A stretch of 64,000 nt of DNA from Saccostrea cucullata (Eukaryota). This document shows positions 26,014-37,993 of the stretch, in pieces. A program made the translations under genes and the position numbers. The first letter of the stretch is position 1. Each line of letters begins with the position of its first letter. Under the pieces are notes generated by a model that saw nothing but the letters and a program-made list of their open reading frames with translations, did not search any database and was not told the origin of the DNA. Where the stretch lies: assembly GCF_032062105.1 (NCBI RefSeq), contig NW_026930714.1:1-64000 (forward strand), in the 5' to 3' direction.

Positions 26014-28350
26014 TTAGTGAACGCCAAACACAACTGAACTTTCGTTATCACCGGCAAATATAACATACATATCTCGTATGTCATTAGAATTGTCATGCGT
26101 TTTGATTCCTGCTATTTGTCCGAGTCCTGGAAGATCTTTGGCTGTCGGTATTGCCCAGCTTAAAACGTCTCCTTCCATTTGAATGACGTAATTTTTATTT
26201 TGTGACCTGTTGATTCCTAGCGATTTACATAGATCAGAAAAAGCCACAGACGGCCCATTTACTAAAGTAGCAGTAAAAACTAAATGATCTGCAGCATTCA
26301 CGTTAGATCTTGTTACCATGATGTCAGATGTTATCATCGCTTTTGATTTCAGAACCTGAGAAATATTAATGCTTTTAATTATATTTCCTGAAAACGGAGA
26401 AATTTCGAGGATGATTTCTTTATTGCTGTGAACTGCCCAGACTGAAGAAGGTTCCTGTCTTTCTCTTTCACTTCTCCGTGTGGTGTCCCGCAGTGGACCA
26501 AACTTCTCCCATATTCCATCTTTTCTCTTGTCTATTGTATGTTGATCATTATTACCTTCTTCGTACGTTGCCATTGATGATAATGAAAACTCTGTCTTGA
26601 ACAGAATTTCAGGTATATTAGAAGTCCGGTTGTCCTGAATGGCCCAGAATTTGGTATTTCCGGTTCCGGTCCCGGATGGGGCCGGAAGACTGACATAAAC
26701 AGTGTCCGTATCCGAGTTCACCATGACACGAGGTGGAACCTTCTCTGTGTCACGTGGTTTCTCTTCTTCCTCTTGATCGAAGAAAACCACGTTTCCTCGA
26801 TTCATTGTCTTCTTTGGTTCTTCCATTTCAAAGTTGATCACCCAAGATATATGTAGTCTATCAACCATTCTTGGAATCACATCAATTGCATATAGACGGC
26901 GCATGCCTAGATTTCCTGGCTCCTGAAAACATTACGACAGAATTATAAAACGATAGACATACAAATCGAAAATCACCCTGAAATGATTGAAAAATATAAT
27001 TATTTTTACGACCTTGCTTCCTTCGGGAATAAACTGGGTTAGCACATACGCCCGACGACCAGATATTACAGGACTGAAAATCGGATGGAATGTTCCATTG
27101 ACCCGTTCAAGTTCACCAGGAAAAGGTATATTGGCATGCGCAACACCATCTAAGCGATTGATATAAATGTAGAATTGCATATTCAAAGTATAACTCAATC
27201 TATAGCATTAAATTTTGAGTGTATAAAATTCAATATTCATCTTAAAATGGCATACCAGGAAAATAACTGATGAGATATCCGTTCTTAGACACAAACACAA
27301 AGATATCGTCTTCCGTTATTGATAAACTAAAAATAAAAAATAGCATAGCTTAAATGTGGTAATTCATAAAGAATACAAGCATTTACTTTAAATTATTTAT
27401 GAAATGGTTCTTACAAAGTATTCATGTTGCATGCTCGTACCCGAGTGAAATATTTTTTCAAAAAATGTATGATAAAATACTAGTATATATGGAGATAATG
27501 AACAGAATTCAAGATTAAATGTCCATAAAACAATACAAAATAGGAGCAGAGCAAACATGGACCTCCAAAACATCAGAGGTGGAATCAGGTGCCGTGGAGG
27601 AGTGAGAATCCCCTGCCGACCGGTCACACACGCCGTGTGCTCCTTGTCATGGAAATAACGGAAAAATCCGTCGACAATTCAGTGTGTAAGTAAAGAAACC
27701 TGAATATAGGATACACCCAATCACTCATTCTTATAACTGGCTTGAGGGTCCCATCATCCATATACAGCACCAGACTATGTCCATCTGATCCGATGACGTC
27801 ACCATAAACATCCATCACCGGAAGAACCGGGAATCTTAAAATGCCATCTCTCCACATCAGATTTCCGGTTGCCACATCAAAACTGATGTACCCCCTGTAT
27901 AGAATTTTACAAAGACCCTAATATACCAACATATTTTGAAAATTGCACATTATTTATTTGGTTTATATATGGTTACAATTTTGTTATCGTAGGTTGGGAA
28001 GTTAGAAACTCTGCAAAAAAGTTTCAATTTCAAAAAAATTAAAAAGTTAACTTTTTTAATAAAAATGTTTTTGTTTACAAAGATAAAACTTACACTTCAC
28101 GAGGTCCATTTGATTGACAGATAATGTTGTTAGCATTTCCAACACAACCAAGAGCGTTTGGTACTGGACCTATGAAAAACTGAGATGTCCAGGCGATTGA
28201 AGCATTGATGGGCGGAGTCAAACTAAAGGAAAATGTCCCGGATGGACGACATCCATAACACGGACAGCTGGATACAAAATCCTGAAGTGATGCAGGGATG
28301 TTTATTAAAACACCCAAAACTGCAAGGCGTGCTATCAATTCAGTTGCCAT
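26014..28350 (-). CDS. Secreted PQQ-like beta-propeller protein, paralog A, ~522 aa, 5 exons (28350-28094, 27894-27700, 27326-27256, 27149-27013, 26922-26014)
   Basis: Signal peptide, CPCYGCRPSGTFS motif and PQQ-repeat-like GYISFDVATGNLMW. All introns GT-AG with phases 2,2,1,0; collinear with paralog B. The gene structure is well supported; the fold call is inference. Confidence 0.85.
27485..27690 (-). mobile_element. Penelope-like 3' fragment in intron 2 of paralog A
   Basis: Reverse complement of 12915-13115. Confidence 0.85.
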
Positions 28351-28752
28351 TTAAATAGGTTATATATCTACCCTTAAAGATGGTCGTACAATGTATATAT
28401 TCAGCTGAGCTATCGCGAGATATTGTTATCTTTAATTGTATGTAATAAAGGGCAACTCTATGTGATCATCTATATACTTAGGTATATTTATCTTATAATT
28501 ATCTATTTTTAAGAAGGATATGGTATAATGTTGTTAAACAATGGACAATGCGTTTAATTTTAGATTTATTTCAAAAATAATAATTACCAGAAGTATTGAA
28601 AAATTAATACATAATTTTACATACATATATATATATATGTACTCTGTTATCCCAAATAAATCATAAGGCGGTACAGATATCGCCGTGTTCATTGATAGAT
28701 AACCACTCCAGTGAGATGACCACGATCACAAGTAGTTAAATAACCAAAGATC
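28351..28752. promoter_or_regulatory. Candidate bidirectional promoter between the divergent paralogs
   Basis: Only 402 bp separate the two ATGs; the spacer contains TATA-like words and TCGCGAGA at ~28413. Confidence 0.55.
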
Positions 28753-31700
28753 ATGGCGGTCACTTTAGTCTCTACTATTGTATTTTTCTCCCTCTTTTGT
28801 GATGTTTATTCACTTCCGGTTGAGAGCTGCCCAATGTACGGCTGTCGTCCGTCGGGGACTTTTTCGTATGTTCTAAGCGTTACTTCTAACGTATCGTTAG
28901 CTTGGCCCAAGAGTTTTGTACAAGGACCGTATGTTAATTCCCTCGGCTGTGCTGCAAACGATGTCAATATTGTATGTCAAGCTAATGGATTACGAGATGA
29001 GTATGTACTAACTTTTTCACATTCATTTTTCTGGGATATAAAAACATCCAACATGTATCTGTGTTAATGCGGCTTAATTAAATTAGCAGTTCACATTTGA
29101 TTTTTTTCAAAAAGTTACTTCTTTTGATTATTTTAGAAAGTATTTTTCACTCATATGGAGACGCCATCACTTGTCGGTGGAGAGTTGCAAATTTTGTTCT
29201 ATACTCGGCACTCAGGGTCATTGAGCAGGGAAGGATTTTTTTGTGCCAGCACCTACTGTGTTTTATATGGTCTCATCCAAAGGACCGGCCTCCACGTCCC
29301 TCATTAAGATTCGAACCCGCGATGTAAGCATCAACTCCTTACTTCGCGACTCTAGAGCAGACGCTCTAACCACTGCCCCACGCGGGCGACCACTTCTTTA
29401 GAATGGTTGTGATCTATAAGTATGTGCATTCCAAAAATATAAACGACAATGAGTTCTGAGAATTAGCCATGAATAAGAATTCGTCTATTTTGATGGACAT
29501 TTATTTTACTTTTGTCTCTGCAGGGGATATGTGACCTTGATTCCAGACAATGGTACAGTAGCCTGGTATGGAGACGTTCTGAGGCGGCCTACATTGCCTA
29601 TCATGGACATTTATGGTGATGTCATTGGTACAGATGGACATAACCTAGTGATGTTTGACGCAGATGGAAAAATAGAGAAACCGCTGATCAATCTCGGGGA
29701 GAGTTTGTTTCCTACTTACAGGTAATTAGAGAAAGGGTTTACGATAAACGTTCTTGATACTTGATATTTTTCACATTTAATCTTTGAATAAATATTATAA
29801 TCCCTCTCTATAGTCTTACACTTTCCGAAGACAACGGCATCATAGCCATTGTTTCACGACAGGGGCTACTGGTTACCAAGGAATCTAGTAAGTCACTTTT
29901 TATCAGATTTTATTATTATTACAAGACATGTCATAATTTTCTTAGTTAGAATTTGAATCAGTGTTTTAAATGTACAGTGGAAACAATACAATTTGTTGGA
30001 TATCTCAAAATGTTGAGGAAAATAGAGCAAGATTATTTACGTCAAGGTCTTCAGTGTTTGTTGTGAATTTCCACCATATTCCTGTAGGTTTTGTTTCTGT
30101 AATTCTTTTCATTGCAAAGTCTATAAACAACAGAAATAGGAATCCAAATATTGTGCAACCCTGCTTATCTCCTGTTGTTATCTGGAACAAGTCATATTTT
30201 TCTCCATCTTCTAGAAATGGACAATGGAATGATTCCTGTAGGAATTTCACCATTTTCACCAATTTATCTAGTCAGAAGGATGTCATAGAAATACAAGATA
30301 GACTAAAACCCCTCTCTATTAATGAAATCGAATGTCTCCTCATGTTCAAGATAGGTTACAATGTTGAGTTCCATTCGGTACATCGATATAGGATATTACG
30401 GAGTGTAATTAGTTGTTCTGTTGTACTCTTCCCTCTTCTGAAGCCAGCTTGTTCCTCACGCAACTCTGTTCCCACTCCATCTTGGATCCTTTGTATCACT
30501 ATTATGGAGAATACTTTGCTCCAAATAAACAAAAGTGCTATACCTCTATAATTATCACATACTGATCTTACAACTTTTCTGGAATCTTCACAATCAGGCT
30601 TTTACTCCAAACCAATGGTATAGTTTCTGGCACCTATTTTTTTATATATATATATATAAATATCTTGCTGTTGCCTTTGTGTCTGCTTTTTAAAACATCT
30701 CAGCAGTAATCCCATCAACTAGCTTCTCCAGCTTTTCCTTTAGTTTCTTTATAGCCTTTATAGCCTTCGTGATCTCTTTTCGTACGGGACTTTTATCTCT
30801 TGCATCCCTTCCACAGTACTTAGTATCTTGTTGAATGCTTTCCTAGCATAAAAAGAAGCTCGATCTCCGATTTTCCTTCCTTGAAATCCTATTAAGTATC
30901 CCTGTTCTCGGATCCAAAGAACCTGCAACTTTTTTAGTCTTATGTCCATGTGTTTTTAATGTTTTAATTTTTTGTTTATCTCTTAAAAAATATTCATTGT
31001 TGAGATGCCACCACTTCCTGGTTGAGGGCTGCAATTTTAGACCTTTGCTGTATTCTGTGGCAGCACCTCCTGCGTCACAGCACCTCAGTTTAATAGGTCT
31101 TATCCGTAGGGAAGGTCTCCGTGTTACAGAGTGGATTAAACCCTCGACGTAAGGATCAGGTCCTTATTTTGTAACTGAAGAACAAACGCTTTGACGACTG
31201 CGGCACGAGAGTCATTAGTCTTTTTAGAGAGTTTACGAATACCAGTTTCCCCTGTGGTGGAGGAATTCAAGGTAGCAAAATGCTGCTTGGTAATGAAATC
31301 AAGTGACTCAGCAGATGACAGGTTTTCAGAAGCTGGGATCCAGACAAGGACAAGAAGAGAGTGGTAAGTAAAAACATCAGTGAATCAGGCAAAAAGTATG
31401 CTATATACAGCTGATATATACGAGACATCTTGGAAACACAAACACTGAGTGACAGGGCGTGGGATTGTTACACTTCCAGCAGTGATTAAAAGCTTCAGCA
31501 TCAGAAAAAGGCACCATGGTTCAGGCTGAAGTACGGCGCACTAAGGTAGATCAACGGAAAGCAAAATCAACTTGGAAAACAGGGGGCCTGGATGAAGTGG
31601 GACTTACCGGAGCGGTAATTAACCTGGGCAGGACCAGTTTAGGGTCTCTTTTCTGCTGAGATCAGTGTATGATACACTCTTATCTCCTGTAAACTTCCAA

Positions 31701-33239
31701 TAGTGGGGGCTAAGCGAAGACCCTATAGCTAAATGCTGCTTGGAAAGAGAGGGATAATGGTGCTTATTATATCAGGATGCCAAGTTTCGCTGACCCAAGG
31801 AAGACACAGTCCTGCGGGAGTTGGCTGGTGTGCTGGAGGCTGAGAGAAGAAGGAAACGACCAGCAGACAAGAAACAGAGACAGATACAGTTTGTGAGACA
31901 GGGTGAAGCAAGGGCTGACACAAGAGGGGCAAGGCGGACCTCAGTGTTGGATAGAGGACAAGACTGGGAGCTCATAGTCAATCTAGACAGGAAGTTAGTT
32001 TTCCCTAACATCGTGGAAACCAACCTAAGACCAGACGCAGTTTAAGTGTCCTAGCAGTCGAAGACTTTGATTGCAATAGAGCTGACTGTGCAGTGGGAAG
32101 AAAATCGTGAGGAGGCACATGAGAGGAAAAGCCTTAAGTATGCAGACCTCTTGGTAGACTGCAGGGATAGAGGCTAGAGTGTCTGGCTGTTTCCAATAGA
32201 GGTCGGCTGTAGAAGTTTCCCATCGCAATCAGTGTGGAAGCTGCTCACTTGATTAGGTGTATCAGAAAAAAGCATGCAAGATAGCAGCAAGAAATCTGGG
32301 AGAAGTAGTCCTTCTGGATATGGCACCGCCGAGATGATTTGTGCTGGAAGTCGGGATCCATCGAGTAGTGGATTGGCCACCACTGCTGACCCAACTAAAA
32401 GATGTCATGGTTTGAGGGCGAAACATCAGGTGAAGGTTGGGGACCATCTGATGACGATCGGAACCGACATTCGAGCACCAGGGGCGGAAGTTACAGATAG
32501 CTACAGGCATGCTTAAGAGTGCCAAGCTAACAGAAGAAAACCATCTTCTGTAAGTGAATACTAGAGGCGTAGAGTAAGTTCATTGTAGTCTCTATGTATG
32601 TCTTGAGTACTACCTCAGAAATAACGCCTGGTGATGCGGTTTGGTTTTAATTTTCAATTAAGGTCAAGATCTAGTAAATGAAAAGTGCCTACAGATTTAT
32701 CAAACTTGAGAAATAAACTCCTTTATTGGTGCTTTACAACTTTAGCTTGGTCAAATAAGGTGAAGTTTCGGGCATAATTTGTAGGTAAACAAGATGAAAA
32801 ACTGTATTTTAAACTGTCATTTTCAATGAAAAAATTAGAAAACCAGTCATGAATATGGGAGTTTTTCTCATATTCGACAAAGGAAATGTATCCAGATTGC
32901 CTACAGTCTCTCAGAAAACGGTAATTAGTTTGTTCATGGCCTCTTCTTTAAATCAATATCAAATTTAATATAGGTATCCGGTTTAATTTTCATATGATTT
33001 CAAATTGAATGTCATAAAAATACCTATTTTCTACATAATTCTGCTAAAGCCGTAAAGTACGGGAAAAAGAAAGTTGAAATTGATTATGACGTCATAATGG
33101 ATCTAGCACCAAAAAAGTAGTCTCAAGTTATTTACTAGATCTTGACCTTAAAGGGCTCTCTTTCTGCTGTCTTTGACTGATGGTCTATCGCGTTCTATAT
33201 ATGCAGATATATAGCTTTCTGTTTGGTTCAATGGTTCTT

Positions 33240-33318
<79 letters not shown>

Positions 33319-35306
33319 CAAAATTAAATCCAAGATAAACAAACAAGTTTACGTTTAATTTTTACACTAAGCGCTTTCGCCGTTACGGCTCTTCATAGTG
33401 TAACAATGATAATAAAAACAATACAACTTCGTTGTTATGACGTCGTTATTATGACGTCACAAAGGCAGCGTTATACATTGGCACAGGTAAATGTCAAAAA
33501 AGCGCCAAATGTATAGAGTTAAACACATGTACATTGTAATAAAATGGAACATTTCTTTAGAGCTAAAATGTTCAATTTACATTTAATTTAGGCTGAAATA
33601 ATTTAACAAAATAATCTTCCTTGGCCCTCCGTAATTGTTCATTATCTTCTGTGATTTTATAAAACGGAAATATCAAAAAGTTTCCATTCGCACATGAATC
33701 AAAATGTTCACTGCAAGGTGTATTCCTGACGGAGGGGTCTCGTATTTGTTGTTTATGGACTCTTACACGGTCAGCTAGTTTGTTACCGGTCTGTCCAATA
33801 TAGTCTTCCCCGCATGAAGTACAAGTCATACAGTATATTAAATTTCTAGTTTTGCATGACATATTCGCATTGACGGTAAACGTTTTACCACATTTAAATG
33901 TAAAATTTTCTCCGGTTTTTAAATAAGGGCAGGTTCCACACAGGGGATCCATACATTTGGCTACAGTGCGTTTTTCCTCATCCGATGAGAATCTGGCTCT
34001 TGTTAGGAGTTTCTTTAGGTTTGGAGGTTGGCGTCGGCTATAGATGATGCTCTTCGGGTCAATTAATTCCTTTAAATTTTGGGATTGCTGTAAAATAGGA
34101 AAACACTGTTTTACGGAGTTATATATATTAAGGTTCCGTGGGTTATGGGTAACGACCAGCGGGATTTCCTTATTGTTTTCCTGGCGTCCTCGTCTAGTAG
34201 AACGGAGATCTGCAGTCGGTATTGACTTGGCCTTTTCAATTGCTATATCTATTAAGTCTTTAGGATATTTTTGTCTGAGCAAAAATGTTTTTAATTCTTG
34301 TAGACGGCCATTTCTTCTGGTTTCATCTATGACAATGGTACAAACACGTCTGTGCAGATCTCCGTTCTACTAGACGAGGACGCCAGGAAAACAATAAGGA
34401 AATCCCGCTGGTCGTTACCCATAACCCACGGAACCTTAATATATATATAACTCCGTAAAACAGTGTTTTCCTATTTTACAGCAATCCCAAAATTTAAAGG
34501 AATTAATTGACCCGAAGAGCATCATCTATAGCCGACGCCAACCTCCAAACCTAAAGAAACTCCTAACAAGAGCCAGATTCTCATCGGATGAGGAAAAACG
34601 CACTGTTGCCAAATGTATGGATCCCCTGTGTGGAACCTGCCCTTATTTAAAAACCGGAGAAAATTTTACATTTAAATGTGGTAAAACGTTTACCGTCAAT
34701 GCGAATATGTCATGCAAAACTAGAAATTTAATATACTGTATGACTTGTACTTCATGCGGGGAAGACTATATTGGACAGACCGGTAACAAACTAGCTGACC
34801 GTGTAAGAGTCCATAAACAACAAATACGAGACCCCTCCGTCAGGAATACACCTTGCAGTGAACATTTTGATTCATGTGCGAATGGAAACTTTTTGATATT
34901 TCCGTTTTATAAAATCACAGAAGATAATGAACAATTACGGAGGGCCAAGGAAGATTATTTTGTTAAATTATTTCAGCCTAAATTAAATGTAAATTGAACA
35001 TTTTAGCTCTAAAGAAATGTTCCATTTTATTACAATGTACATGTGTTTAACTCTATACATTTGGCGCTTTTTTGACATTTACCTGTGCCAATGTATAACG
35101 CTGCCTTTGTGACGTCATAATAACGACATCATAACAACGAAGTTGTATTGTTTTTATTAGTATTGTTTTTATTATCATTGTTACACTCTGAAGAGCCGTA
35201 ACGGCGAAAGCGCTTAGTGTAAAAATTAAACGTAAACTTGTTTGTTTATCTTGGATTTAATTTTGATTTATAACTTAACCTATACCATGGACTTCTACAA
35301 CATTTT

Positions 35307-35395
<89 letters not shown>

Positions 35396-37483
35396 GTTTT
35401 TAGTAGTTTGAAATGGTTCTATTTTTTAGTTCCTTTTTCTACTCGGAAGATTGGTCGGTTATCCATTTGCAACGAGGGTCTCTCCTTTCCTTGACTTCTT
35501 GACAAATTTCTGGTGATCTCCTCCTTAAAGTCTCTCCCTCCTAGTCCATTTCTATCTAAGTACATGTATTTTCTCCAGCCAGCTTATCTGTTCTTTAGTT
35601 AACTTTTTATCCATTGCACATGTCAGTTAGCTCTCGTTTAGCTCGATTCTCACTCTTTTATATCCTTTATTCCTGTAGTTCTCTTTAGACGAAAGTCTGT
35701 TGGACAACTTACCATTTTAAAATATACAGAAAAAATTTCTCTCCAAATTTTCAAGAAAAAATTATAGTATTTTTAGAAAGATTTGTCCTTGGTCAGACAA
35801 ATTATAAATACATATATGACAGGCCTACATTTTTTCAATCAAAAAAAATATTACCAAAGTTTAATTTTTTGGAAAGTGTTTAGTCTAATTCATGGCAAAA
35901 TTTCATACCACATATGAAAATTCAGAAAGGCTTTGCACATAGGTAATGAATTTATGAAATACTAGTACAGAAACGTCATCTTAGCTCATTTAAAAGTTGT
36001 GACTAGGGACTGGCAAACTGGCAGACGTATAGATGATATGTTATGTCCCTGCACTTTCGCGAAAGTGGGGAATACATTGAAACGCTGCTTTTACATACGA
36101 TACAGTTGGAAGATATAAGGCACATTGGCTCAGTTTCTGCTGAGAAAATTTTAAAGCTTTTTATTTTTTTAATGCAGATGGCATACCTCATGCCTCCATG
36201 GATTTCCGGGCAGAGGAAGAGAGAACCAACGGAACTTTTATACCAGTAGCGCCACCTGTTGTGTCAGGACATCGTATTTACATCCTTACAGAGTTTCGAC
36301 CGGATTATAGTCTACATCAGGTTATAGTTACATATATTTGAATCATAAAAATTTAACATAAGAAGAAAACGGTTAGAAACACTGTATCATACTTAAACGT
36401 TGATGAGTAAAATTTCAATCATAGTCTTGACTGTTTGTAGGCGGTAATATGTTTAATTTGACTTTGCAATTAAAGCGATCCTTCGAATGACTGAGAAACA
36501 ATCTTTTATACCTATATATTTTTTTCTTTAAGCCTGATATCCTTGGAATGCAACGTTTGTTTGCTATTGACATGAAAAACGTGATGATGGGTCGTCTAGA
36601 AACAGCCTGGGTTTTTAACTTTGAAAGACTGGATAGATTAGGTCCGCTTGTCGGTGAATATCAACAAAACAAGCAGAATGCGCGAAATGAAAATCAGGAG
36701 GCTGGATTTGGTGTTGCTCCACAAATATTGAAAAACACGGACACAGATATGATCTACGTAAACTTGCCACCACCAGAGGGTGCAATAGATGCTCTACATC
36801 TCCTCTGGGGTTTCAAAGATGTAGCAAATGGTACAGATCCCGATCTTATTTTTAAAATTCCACAGCCATTGTCAAGAATTGCTATGTTCGAATCCAATAG
36901 TGGACCAGTTGTTGGAAAAAGGAAAAACAAAAATTTGGGGGGAAAATACAAACCTTTAACGCAAAGAAGAAAAGTAAATAGCGCCTCGTTATGGGGTGTT
37001 TCAGTGAATAGAAAACTTATTCTTCAGCTAAACCCAGATGATGGAACTGTGAAAAATCAAATTAGCCTCGATTCTGCGCTAAATATGACGTCATCAGTCG
37101 TTACATCTAAGATAATGGTAGCACGTTCTTCTGGCAGTTCGGATGATTTTCTCATATTTGGAGTGCAGGTAACACCTTCTAAAACTGGCGAAGGGGTAAA
37201 GGGATTCCGAGAGCTGAAGGGCAGAAAAACGGCCATGGATTCTCCAAAGAATTATGTTGTAAGTTTTAGGGAAAACAAAGTGAACTGGGTGTTTGAGACT
37301 CCAAATAACCGAGAGGTGAAGGGACAAATAGCTGGAGTACAGCGCTCCTCCGTGGACGGGTCCGACTTACTGGTCGTGTTTACCAGTGATTCTGAAGAAT
37401 CCGAAGTGTTTGCTCTAAAGTTTGACAAGACACCGGAAACTCTTAATAAGCCAAAAGTGGAGGAAGACCCTGGAAACCCTTAA
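28753..37483 (+). CDS. Secreted PQQ-like beta-propeller protein, paralog B, ~537 aa, 5 exons (28753-29000, 29524-29721, 29814-29887, 36178-36320, 36533-37483)
   Basis: Signal peptide, CPMYGCRPSGTFS, LPIMDIYGDVIGTDG, GMQRLFAID and GQIAG all match paralog A. Same intron phases 2,2,1,0; AATAAA at 37631. Confidence 0.85.
29130..29391 (-). mobile_element. tRNA-derived SINE
   Basis: A/B-box-like words on the minus strand (GCAGTGGTTAGAGCGTCTG; GGGTTCGAATC). A related degenerate copy lies at ~31000-31205. Confidence 0.65.
29960..30985 (-). mobile_element. Degenerate RTE-type LINE fragments
   Basis: EEQAGFRRG.STTEQLITLRNI, F.ITTG.KQGC.I...LFLLFIDFAMK and LEDLD..DLAL-like RT remnants. A further RTE-like C-terminal remnant lies at ~35400-35720. 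Confidence 0.7.
31220..32480 (+). mobile_element. Degenerate non-LTR retrotransposon 3' part with restriction-like endonuclease (HERO/R2-superfamily type)
   Basis: DWELIVNLDRKLVFP..VETNLRPDAV...IAIELTVQWEEN.EEAHERK.LKY.DL..C...G...FPIEVGCR, a PD-(D/E)xK RLE signature, broken by stops. Confidence 0.8.
32389..32460 (+). ncRNA. Hammerhead-like motif with permuted, pseudoknotted strand order
   Basis: GATGT-C (32401-06) pairs with GAA-ACATC (32420-27). ATGGT (32407-11) pairs with ACCAT (32443-47), which directly precedes CTGATGA (32448-54). An extra CCCAAC/GTTGGG helix is possible. No canonical stem II is evident. Confidence 0.5.
32662..33147. mobile_element. Non-autonomous DNA transposon with TTAA target site (Kolobok-like)
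   Basis: Perfect 18-bp TIR GGTCAAGATCTAGTAAAT with TTAA on both sides. Confidence 0.85.
33243..33314. repeat. (TA)n microsatellite flanking the Penelope palindrome (partner tract at 35310-35390)
   Basis: Direct observation. Confidence 0.95.
33314..34352 (-). mobile_element. Penelope-like element 3' end: RT thumb, GIY-YIG endonuclease (ORF 33572-34282) and pLTR
   Basis: C..C..C.YLKT zinc motif, NLIYCMTC..C..DYIGQTGN.L..RV..H and RRAKE.YF..LFQPKLN. Confidence 0.92.
33362..33403 (-). ncRNA. Hammerhead copy with a core mutation (CTGAAGA to ATGAAGA), probably inactive
   Basis: Identical to 35181-35222 except at position 33396. Confidence 0.7.
34353..35309 (+). mobile_element. Second, inverted Penelope-like 3' copy (GIY-YIG ORF 34617-34997 plus pLTR)
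   Basis: Near-perfect reverse complement of 33314-34214, with a 2-nt AT insertion at ~34441 and a ~15-bp duplication at ~35156. Confidence 0.92.
35181..35222 (+). ncRNA. Minimal type I hammerhead ribozyme in the Penelope pLTR
   Basis: TTACACT-CTGAAGA-GCCG taa CGGC-GAAA-GCGC-TT-AGTGTAA gives stem I, core, stem II and a palindromic short stem III. Confidence 0.85.
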
Positions 37484-37993
37484 TAAGCCAAAAGTGGAGG
37501 AATAACTTCCAATGATCCACGAAAGAATCATGCGAAGGATATGAAAGCTTAAATGATTTCGAAATCTGTTGATATTTTTTTTGAACGATTTGGTATATTA
37601 GAATGTATTTTGATCAATTTTCGTTTTATTAATAAACAACATGAATGCTTAGCAACTACGCGTCTGTACCCGCAATGAAACCTACGGTATCTTACTAACA
37701 AGAGTAGAACTGAATACTCAGTATTTATTATTATAGAAAATTTATTGTTAAACTACATATACATGTAATATATACAGTCATTTATTTAATAGAAAAATAA
37801 CAGAAAAGGAAACAATTTAAAACTAAATTATATTGGAAACGACACTTAATTTGCATATTCCAATTATACGCATCAGGAAGTAAGAACACAAATTCACAAT
37901 GAATTTCTGGCAAAATGCCTTCGTCTGAGAAAATACAATGTGTATTTATAATTGCTCTTTCTGTTGCTAGTTCCCATTATATTCTTTCTGTTG

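Noticed and set aside
29970-30551. 193-aa plus-strand ORF
   Set aside because: Antisense to a decayed RTE reverse transcriptase fragment inside an intron.
37780-37925. Alternative last exon (TTCTCAG acceptor) that might encode a TM helix for the integrin-like protein
   Set aside because: The translation has no clean TM segment or NPxY tail, while the 38019 exon supplies the expected 'CP' closing the beta-tail. It is probably a 3' UTR, though this is not excluded without RNA data.
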